A stretch of DNA of 64,000 nt. Origin: an uncultured Candidatus Rokubacteria bacterium. Its GTDB lineage: Bacteria; Methylomirabilota; Methylomirabilia; Rokubacteriales; CSP1-6. The stretch lies in assembly GCA_963747235.1 (NCBI GenBank), contig CAVVEU010000029.1:32001-96000 (forward strand). The letters are read 5' to 3'. The notes under the pieces are model-generated. The model did no database searches, was not told where the DNA came from, and saw nothing but the letters and a program-made list of their open reading frames with translations. Shown one piece after another: positions 56,357 through 64,000 of this stretch (position 1 is its first letter; every line of letters begins with the position of its first letter). The position numbers were made by a program, and so were the translations under genes.

Positions 56357-57702
56357 TTGGACCGCGCCACGCTGCCCCGCCTGCGCGCCTGGCTCGCGCG
56401 CCCCGACATCGTCGCCCTCGACCCCGAAGGCGTCGAGCGGCTCGTGGCCGCGCTCGACGATCCGGACCCGCCGGTCGCGGCGGGCCGCACCGGCTCGCTG
56501 ATCGCCTACGCGCCGGGGCGCGCGCGGCGCCGGCTGCTCCAGTTCGATCGCCGCGGGCATCTGATCGCCGCGTGCCGCTGGCGCGACGACGGGGAGCTCG
56601 GGTGGGCCAAGTGTCTCCTCCCCGACGGCCGCTGGCTCGGCATCGAGCCGGGCGCGGACACGCACCCGGCGTGGGGCGGCTCGGATCGGGTCTGGCTGAT
56701 GGCGTCCGACGCGCCGTGGACGACGCGTGAAGCCCTCACCCTCTTCCAGTCGCTCGACTACGCGCGCCCCGACTTCATCCCGCCGCTCTTCGAGCCGCGC
56801 CGGTTGCCGCCGGGGGGCGGCACCACCCTGCTCAACCTGATCGCGGGACTCATGAAGGACCATGGGGTCGCCACCGTGCGCTATCGCGGGCCCTACCCCA
56901 CCGAGCAGCTCTTCACCGCCCTGCTCGAGTGCTTTCGCTACGCGGCGGGCGAGGGGCTGCCGCTCGAGCGCTTCCTCGCCGATGGCGCGCTCGACTGGCA
57001 TCCCGCTCCGTTCGAGGCACAGCACGTGCGGCCCGGGGTGGTCGTGCAGCTCCGCCACGAGATCGAGAAGGTCACACCTCGCCGGCGCCGCCTTCTACCG
57101 CACCGACTGGCAGGACATCCGGCGGCGCGAGCCCCGCGTGGTCCGGAGCGACGGCGACCGGGTCATCTGCTCGCTGTGGGCCCTGGGCGGGCCGCTGGAG
57201 GACCGGCTGGTGCTCGATCCCGCCGGCGAGATCATCGAGTCGCCCGAGCCGGCGGTGGACACGGCGGCGCCGGCGCCGCTGCCCCCGATCTGGCGGGGGG
57301 CGCTCGCCGAGCTGATCGCGCGCGAGGGCGCGCCCGCGCTGGCGCCCGCCATCGCCGCGGTCACGGATGATCTCGAGCTGGAGTGGGGGCCGGTCCCGGG
57401 CGACCTCCTCCGCGCGCACGGCCAGCGGGTGCGCCTGAGCCGGCGGCTGCGCGAGGCCGGCGCGGCCGCGCGGGCCGGCGCCGCCTCCCCGCAGGAGCGC
57501 GCCGAACAGGCGCTGCGCTTCGTGCTCGAGGTCGCGCGCCTGCTCGGCCCCGAGGTGCGCCAGCGGGCCCAGGCCCGGCCTCGAAGCGCTCAGCGAAGAC
57601 GAGCAGCGCCGCGTGCTCGAGGAGGCGCCGGACGAGCTGCCGGAGGCCCTGGGCGAAGCGGTCGGGCGCCTGATCGCCCTGGTCATTCGGGGCGGCGGGT
57701 AG
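56357..57702 (+). CDS. Hypothetical protein (~445 aa) with two apparent frameshifts
   Basis: Host-like codon usage continues across frame changes near 57075 and 57575; no recognised motif. Confidence 0.55.
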
Positions 57703-57733
57703 CGCGCCCCGATAGGGCCGGAACGAGACTTCG

Positions 57734-57762
57734 CGGCTCCGCGACGAGCGTCCGCGGAGCCG
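57734..57762. terminator. Hairpin between convergent genes
   Basis: cggctccgcg-N9-cgcggagccg. Confidence 0.5.
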
Positions 57763-57774
57763 GAGCCCCGCGCC

Positions 57775-59029
57775 CTAAGACTTACCAGCACTCGAGAGCA
57801 GCCAGACGTTCAAAAGCACAAACCCGGCGATCGACACGAAGGAGAGCACGAAGTAGGTGAGGCAGATCGTCTCCTGCCGGGTGAGAGGGTGGCGCTACGC
57901 ACGCGTCGCCAGAGGGACTCGCGCACGAAGCGCACCGAGTCGTGGTTCAGCGTGGGCACCCCGACCATCTCGACCAGGATGTGGTAGCCGTCCATCTCCA
58001 GGAAGCAGAACGGGTAGAGGCTGATGAAGAACGACTGGATCTGGAGGATGGCGGAGGCCGCGATGAAGCCCTGGATCAGGCCGGGCTGGAGGAGGGTGGC
58101 GAGCCAGAAGCAGAAGCCGCCCAGGAAGAGGTGGAAGAGCGGCCCCGCCACCGCGTTGACGATCCGGGCCCGGCGGCTGGCCATGAAGATGTCGGTCACG
58201 TCGGCGTAGAAGGTCGGGATGAAGCCGTGCAGGATCGTGAAGCCGAACTCGCGCACGCGCCGCTTGTAGTGGATGCAGGCCAGCGCGTGGATGATCTGGT
58301 GGTTGATCACGGTGAGCCAGAACACGATCTTCACGAGCAGGATGGCGACGAGCGGGTGGCTGGCGAGCCCGTGCGTCACCTCGCTCAGGTTGTGCCAGAT
58401 CTTGATCCCGCTGTGGACACCGAGCCCCACCATGAGCACGAGCGCGGCGATGGCCCACGGGGAGAAGAGCAGGAAGCCGCCGTAGCGGTACATCCGCTCG
58501 AAGAACTGGTGCGAGCGCCGGCTCGTCACGGTCAGGCGCTCGAGCGCGTGGAGCGTGCCCTCCATCGCCCGGGCCGCGGGGTTGCGCCGGTTGCGGGCCA
58601 GCACCGCGCGCAGGCGCGAGACCGGCCGCATCGTCAGGAGGTCGGCCCGCAGCAACTTGACGATCAGGGTCGGGATGATCTCGAAATCGAAGGAGCCGTA
58701 CTGGAGCAGGTACGAGGTCGCGATCTCCTGGAGCGAGGCGTGGCCGTCCATCTGCGCCCACAGGAACTTCTCGGTCTCGCTGATCTGGATGATCTGCTCG
58801 GTGCGGCGGTTCTTGAGCGCGTAGGTGACGACGCCCTGGGGCGCGTAGGGCAGGCGCGCCATCTCCCAGTCCGCGTCCGGGATGCGCTGGGGCCGGCTGT
58901 GGAGGTAGGCGACCGCGCTGGAGATCTCCTCCGCGTCTCGAAGCCGGCGCCGTCCTGCTCGCGCACCAGCAGCTCGATGCGCGTGCGCTTCGGCCTGCCT
59001 TCCGCCGTCTTGTCGCTGGCCTCGCTCAC
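57775..59029 (-). CDS. PqqD/RRE-fused M50 (site-2 protease)-family membrane protein with HQxxH; two frameshifts
   Basis: RRE-like FLWAQMDGHASLQEI; HQIIHALAC, FYADVTDI, AVAGP, LYPFCFLEMDGY; frame changes near 58935 and 57885. Confidence 0.8.
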
Positions 59030-59047
59030 GATCGAGGTCTCGGCCCG

Positions 59048-59548
59048 CTACTTGTGCTCGATGTCGAGGCCCGTCGCCTCCAGCCCCCAGCGCGTGACTT
59101 CGGCCACCAGGTCGGAGGCGTCGCGCAGCCGCTTGAAGGCGACCTGCGCCATCTGCTGGAAGAACTTGGCGGCCGCGAGCGGGCTGCCCGTCACGAAGCG
59201 GTTGAGGCTGTCGCGATCGAGGCTGTAGAGCATGGTGTCGATCTCGGCCTGGCAGGTGGCCGAGCGGCGCCGCTCGTCGCCGAAGACGCTCATCTCGCCG
59301 AAGACCTCGCCGGAGGCGAGCCGGGAGAGCACCTGCTCCACCCGGCCGGTGACCGGCTTGGAGACCACGATGCTGCCCTCCCGGATCAGGAACAGCTCCT
59401 CGCCCGGATCCCCCGCGCGGAACAGCACGTCGCCCTTCTTGAGACGCCGCTCACGGAAGCTGGGCCAGAGCGCGAGAAGGACCGGCTCTTCGACGTCCTT
59501 GAAGTACAGGACCCGACGCAGGAAGCCGATCTCGGGGAGGCTGGCCAC
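59048..59548 (-). CDS. Stand-alone cyclic nucleotide-binding domain protein
   Basis: LFRAGDPG, GEVFGEMS, RSAT; no HTH domain. Confidence 0.88.
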   Translation of the reverse strand: MASLPEIGFLRRVLYFKDVEEPVLLALWPSFRERRLKKGDVLFRAGDPGEELFLIREGSIVVSKPVTGRVEQVLSRLASGEVFGEMSVFGDERRRSATCQAEIDTMLYSLDRDSLNRFVTGSPLAAAKFFQQMAQVAFKRLRDASDLVAEVTRWGLEATGLDIEHK

Positions 59549-59574
59549 TCAGCGGCGTCCCGTGGGCACCCGCA

Positions 59575-59796
59575 TCACGTGGCCCAGCGCTTGAGCATGA
59601 CGTTCTGGAGCGCGCGCGCCCGGTCCAGGTCGGAGACGTTGGACGTGCTGCCCAGAGCGTGCATGATGGCGGCCAGCTCCTCCGGGGTCAGATCGAACGT
59701 AGCCAGCACCCGCGCCGGCTCGCGCACGAGCTCGGCGAGGAACTCCTTGTCGATCATCACCTGTCCGACCAGGTCCTGGATACCCTTGCTGGCCAC
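59575..59796 (-). CDS. Os1348/NHLP-clan-like small protein (73 aa)
   Basis: IQDLVGQVMIDKEFLAELVREPARVLATFDLTPEELAAI fits the ..G.A..D.EFR..L..DP...L..Y.LT.EE pattern. Confidence 0.7.
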   Translation of the reverse strand: MASKGIQDLVGQVMIDKEFLAELVREPARVLATFDLTPEELAAIMHALGSTSNVSDLDRARALQNVMLKRWAT

Positions 59797-59958
59797 ACCC
59801 CGACCTCGACTTTTCCGGCCACGCATTTCACGGCTAGGAGGCTCAATTTAGCATACATGGCGCGGTTTTAATACGTCTGTTCCGGAACTCGTCCCGCCTG
59901 GCGTCGATGGGGTTGAGCCGGGAAGCCGGTCGGGCCCCGTCGACGCCACCGCTCGAGG

Positions 59959-59984
59959 TCAACGCCCGGCCGGATTCGTTCGTC
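59959..59984 (+). promoter_or_regulatory. Possible ECF-type autoregulatory promoter
   Basis: TCAAC-N17-CGTC about 40 nt upstream of the likely GTG start at 60024. Confidence 0.3.
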
Positions 59985-60023
59985 TGGACTGATGAGAAGA
60001 GGCGAGACGCCCGTCAGAGGGAC

Positions 60024-60536
60024 GTGGAGCCCGCCCCCCGGCAGGATCTGGTGGTCACCGCCCACTACGGGCGGCTGCAGCGCCTGTGTCGCCTCCTCCT
60101 GGGCGACCCGCAGGAGGCCGACGACGTGGTACAGGAAGTCTTTCTGAAAGCACACGAGGCCGAGCGGCTCGGGCAAGTCCCGGCGAGCTGGGCCGCCTGG
60201 CTCACCCGGGTCGCGGTCAACGGCTGTCGCGACCGCCATCGGGCCGGCGGCTGGATGCGCTTCCGTCTCCGCGGGGTCCGCCTCGACGAGGTGCCCCTGG
60301 TGGCGCTGACCCCCGCGCCCAGCGACGTCGCGATCGGCGCGGACACGCGGCGGCGGATCTGGACCGCCTTCCGCGCGCTGCCGCGGCGCCAGCAGGAGGT
60401 CTTCGCGCTCCGCCACATCGAGGAGCAGCCCACGCTCGCGGTGGCGGCGGCCCTCGGGGTGAGCCCGGGCAGCGTGAAGCGCCATCTCTTCCGCGCGGTG
60501 CGCGCGCTGCGGCTGCGCCTGAGAGACGCCCGGTGA
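60024..60536 (+). CDS. ECF RNA polymerase sigma factor
   Basis: EADDVVQEVFLKA, WLTRVAVN, LPRRQQEVF..GSVKRHLFRA. Confidence 0.9.
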   Translation: MEPAPRQDLVVTAHYGRLQRLCRLLLGDPQEADDVVQEVFLKAHEAERLGQVPASWAAWLTRVAVNGCRDRHRAGGWMRFRLRGVRLDEVPLVALTPAPSDVAIGADTRRRIWTAFRALPRRQQEVFALRHIEEQPTLAVAAALGVSPGSVKRHLFRAVRALRLRLRDAR

Positions 60537-60995
60537 GCCGCTGCCTCTCCGACGACGCGCTGGAGCGCCACGAGGCGGAGCTCACCTCGGTGGCCGAGCG
60601 GGCGCATCTGGCCGGCTGCGCAGCGTGCGCGGGCCGGCACCGGCGGATGCGCGAGGAGCTGGCTCTGATCACCGGAGTGCTGCGCGACACGCCCGAGCCC
60701 CGGCCTCGCCTGGCCCCGGTCCGGCGGCGGCGCTGGATGCCCGCCACCGTTGCGCTCGCCGCCGTCGCGTCGGCGCTGCTGATCTGGGTCGAGGTCGCGG
60801 TGTGGCGGGCGGTGACGCCGGTGCCGCCCACCATGCAGCCGCACGAGGTGGCCTCGATCCTCGCCGACGTTTCCGCCGCGCTGTTCTCGGTGAGCGGCGA
60901 TCCGTCCGCCGGACGCGCGGGGAGGATCCGCGGCGCGCAGTCTCGAGGTGATGGCGCGGGAGCTCGACCACGCGCTCACCGGGGGAGAGCCATGA
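60533..60995 (+). CDS. Zinc-binding anti-sigma factor, frameshifted near the 3' end
   Basis: HLAGCAAC (HxxxCxxC) plus TM helix; overlaps the sigma stop codon. Confidence 0.75.
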
Positions 60996-61501
60996 AGAAG
61001 ACCCTGACGACGCGAACGCTGCTCGCCGCCGCGCTCCTGATCGCCTCGATCACGACCGCGGTCCTCGCCCAGTCCCCTCCGTCCGGCCCCGGCGCCCCGT
61101 TCGGGGGCATGCGGAGGCCATGGGCCGCGCGGACGGCGGCTGTGGCTGATGATCCGCGCGGCCACCCTCACGCCGGCAGCAGGCGAAGGTGCACGGGATC
61201 CTGTCCACGCACCGCGCGGCGCACGCGCCCGCTCGTCGAGCAGCTCCGCCAGGCCCAGCAGGAGCTGGGCGCCAAGCTGCTGGCGCCCGGGCCGCTCCAG
61301 CCCGCCGACCTGCACCCGCAGCTCGGGCGCATCGGCCAGCTCCGCGACCAGCTCGCGCAGGACGGCGCGCAGGCCGCCCTCGAGGTCCGCGCCGTGCTCA
61401 CGCCCGAGCAGCTCGCGCGAGCCGCCCAGGCCAAGGAGCGCCTGACCCAGCTCCGCGAGGAGATGCGCCAGCTCATCGCAGCCGCCCCGCCCCTAGCATG
61501 A
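60992..61501 (+). CDS. Spy/CpxP-like periplasmic protein, frameshifted
   Basis: Signal peptide and VRAVLTPEQ motif. Confidence 0.7.
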   Translation: MKKTLTTRTLLAAALLIASITTAVLAQSPPSGPGAPFGGMRRPWAARTAAVADDPRGHPHAGSRRRCTGSCPRTARRTRPLVEQLRQAQQELGAKLLAPGPLQPADLHPQLGRIGQLRDQLAQDGAQAALEVRAVLTPEQLARAAQAKERLTQLREEMRQLIAAAPPLA

Positions 61502-61783
61502 AGCGCCTGCTCGTCACCCTGCTGCTGCTCGCGCCCGTCGCGCTGCCCGGGCTCGCCCACGCGAGCCCGCCTGATCCCACCTGGATCCAGGGCATCTACG
61601 ACGATGACGACGGCGACTCCATCGTCACGCTGATCGCCTCCGGGGACCGGCCACGCGCCGGAGGCCGCGCCGACCGGGCTCCCGCTCTTCGCTCCGGCTC
61701 ATCGCCCGCCTGACCCCGAGCCCGAGCGACCCCGCTCCAGGTCTGGCCTCCGCCGGCCCCGTCTCGCGCCCCCGCCCGCTAGC
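61498..61783 (+). CDS. Small exported protein (ASPPDPTWIxGIYDD motif), frameshifted
   Basis: Signal peptide, acidic motif, proline-rich tail. Confidence 0.5.
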
Positions 61784-61845
61784 CCCCGCACCGCTTCGAT
61801 CGGTCGTCTCGGATCACCCCACACCCAAACGGAGGAGGACTGTCT

Positions 61846-62300
61846 ATGTTCCGGATCTTCAAGGTGATGCTCGCGAGCTTTGCGGTGGCCGCGCTCGGCG
61901 TGGCGGACTCGACGCGCACGTGGCGCGCGCCGACTGGAGCGACGACTGGCTGGACTGGGACGAGGCGCGGCCGGTGATCACGTCCATCGCCCCAGGACGA
62001 GAGCGCGCCTCGCCGACCATTTCTTCCACGTCGAGTGGACCGCCGGCCCGGGCGCGAGCGGGTCGCGCCCGGATCACCGGCTACGTCTACAACGACTACG
62101 GGGATGCCGCGGTCAACGTCGCGCTGCGCATCCATGCAGATCGACGCGAGTGGGACGAGGTCGCCACGTGGTCGCGCCGATCGGCGAGACCGTCCCGGCC
62201 CACGGTCGCACCTACTTCGACGTCGCGGTCCCCGACAGCCGGTTCTACCGGTGGACGTGGCGTCGTTCGATTTCGTCGAGCTCCCCGGCTGCGCACCGAA
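61846..62300 (+). CDS. Second FxLYD-like exported protein, heavily frameshifted
   Basis: GGAGG RBS; FHVEW..ITGYVYNDYG..VPAHGRTYFDV resembles 53393-53786. Confidence 0.5.
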
Positions 62301-62362
62301 CCCATCGGGCGCGAAGGCCGCGGCGGCACGGGGCTGCCGCGGCCGCGCAGGAGGCCCAACCC

Positions 62363-63264
62363 ATGCTCGATTCGAGAAGTGATCTCTGGGCGGTCGTCCT
62401 CGCCGGCGGCGAAGGCGATTGGCTGCAATCCTGACCGCGAGCTGTACGGAGCGGCGCGGCCGAAGCAGTACTGCGCGCTCGCCGGACCGAAGACCCTGCT
62501 GCGCACCACGCTCGATCGGGTGGCTCGGCTGATCCCGCCGTCGCGGACCGTCGCCGTGACCCAGGCGAGCCACGCGGCTACGTCGCCGAGGAGCTCACCG
62601 GCCACCCCGCGATCACGGTGCTCGGCCAGCCGTGCGACCGGGGCACCGCGGCGGCGTGCTGCTGGCCGCGCACTGGATCCGGACCCGGCGCCCGACGCCG
62701 TGGTCACCGTGTTCCCGACCGACCACTTCATCGTGGAGGAGTCGGTCTTCGTGGACCACGTCGCCGCGGCCGGCGCGTATGTCGGGGATCACCGCGAATG
62801 GCTCCTGCTGCTCGGCGTGCATCCATCCGCACCTCGCCCGACTACGGCTGGATCGAGCCCGGCGAGCGAGTGGGCTGGACGGCCACGGCGCGATCCATCG
62901 CGTTCGCGCGTTCCACGAGAAGCCGCCCGCGGAGCTCGCGCGCCGGCTGCAGGAGGCGCGCCCTGTGGAACACCTTCGTCTTCACCGCCACCGTGACCGC
63001 CCTCGTCGACGACGGGCCTCGCGTGCCTGCCGTTGCTCCACGACCGGCTCACCCGCCTCGACCTGTTCACCGGCACGCGGTACGAGGCCATGGGCCCTCC
63101 AGCAGGCCTACCGGTTCGCGCCCACCGCGGACTTCTCCCGCGCGGTGCTCGCGTCGTCCGCGATCCCGCTGGCCGTCGTGGAGATCCCGGCGGTGACCTG
63201 GTGGGACCTGGGCACGCCCGAGCGGGTGACCCGCAGCGTCGGGATGGGGGGTCGACGCGAATGA
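62363..63264 (+). CDS. Sugar-phosphate nucleotidyltransferase (mannose-1-phosphate guanylyltransferase-like), many frameshifts
   Basis: VVLAGGEG, PKQYC, QPCDRGTA, FPTDHF, YGWIEP, WWDLGTPER. Confidence 0.8.
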
Positions 63265-63327
63265 TGCGCCCGGCCCCCTCGTCGAAATATGCTACAAGCG
63301 AAGCCACCAAAGGAGGAGGAACGCGGC

Positions 63328-64000
63328 ATGGCGGGAAGGGCCCGGCGGTTCTGGGTGATCGGCCTTATCCTGTGCGGCCTCCTCGCCGCCGGCGCGTACT
63401 ACGCGGTGGCCCGACCCAAGCGGATCCAGCCCGCCGCCCCCGCGGCCGGCCCCCGCCCGGTACCGGTCGTGACCGTCACCGCCCGCAGCGGCGATCTCGG
63501 CGTCTACCTCACCGGGCTCGGCTCGGTCACCCCGCTCAGCACCGTCACGGTTCGCAGCCGAGTAGACGGCCAGCTCATGCGGACGCTCTTCCAGGAAGGC
63601 CAGATCGTGCGCGCGGGCGACCTCCTTGCCGAGATCGATCCCCGCCCCTTCGAGACGCAGCTCACCCAGGCGGAAGCGCAGCTCGCCAAGGACGAGGCCG
63701 CGCTGGCGAATGCCCGCATGGATCTCGAGCGCTACCGCACGCTCGTCAAGGGCGGATTCATCCCGCAGCAGCAGATGGACACCCAGGGCTCCGCGGTCGC
63801 GCAGCTCGCGGCGTCCATCAAGGCCGACCAGGGGCAGATCGACAGCATCCGGCTCCAGCTCACCTATACCCGCATCCATCGCCCCCATCACCGGCCGCGC
63901 CGGGCTCCGCCTCGTGGACCCCGGCAACATGGTGCACGCCAACGATGGGGGCGGGCTCGTCGTGCTCGCCCAGGTCGAGCCGATCGCGGTGGTGTTCACG
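63328..64000 (+). CDS. RND efflux periplasmic adaptor (MdtA-like), partial
   Basis: [41 protein letters not shown]. Confidence 0.88.
   Translation, partial: MAGRARRFWVIGLILCGLLAAGAYYAVARPKRIQPAAPAAGPRPVPVVTVTARSGDLGVYLTGLGSVTPLSTVTVRSRVDGQLMRTLFQEGQIVRAGDLLAEIDPRPFETQLTQAEAQLAKDEAALANARMDLERYRTLVKGGFIPQQQMDTQGSAVAQLAASIKADQGQIDSIRLQLTYTRIHRPHHRPRRAPPRGPRQHGARQRWGRARRARPGRADRGGVH

Overview
GC-rich bacterial chromosome segment. The paralogous ABC substrate-binding proteins (SBPs) ending in [33 protein letters not shown] suggest Ca. Rokubacteria/Methylomirabilota (inference). Many single-base frameshifts occur, even in rny, so this is probably an unpolished long-read assembly. Positions 1-1330 hold a 2-oxo-acid dehydrogenase E2 3' end and cysK. 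Positions ~1450-17900 are two tandem, integrase-less islands downstream of tRNA-fMet, marked by displaced tRNA fragments. They carry a CHAT protease plus CsgG-like pair, a tandem SBP array with orphan SBP gene ends around unrelated cargo, a dead IS3, an MBL hydrolase and an orphan kinase fragment. Positions 18000-35530 are core genes on the minus strand: tRNA-Val, thrS-infC-rpmI-rplT-pheST, zapB-like, zapA, 6S RNA, rny, ymdB, folD, DUF559, xseAB, ispA, eno, ftsB, GT2, cupin. Positions 35500-64000 are mixed metabolic, transport and regulatory genes. Best leads: (1) SBP gene termini that may act as recombination anchors for cargo; (2) an operon of an NHLP-clan-like small protein, a stand-alone cNMP-binding protein and an RRE-fused M50 protease homolog with HExxH changed to HQxxH; (3) an unannotated W/YFYF leader peptide with a five-segment attenuator upstream of DAHP synthase; (4) a DUF559 nuclease bracketed by BoxC-like palindromic repeats. 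All calls come from reading motifs by eye; no searches were run.
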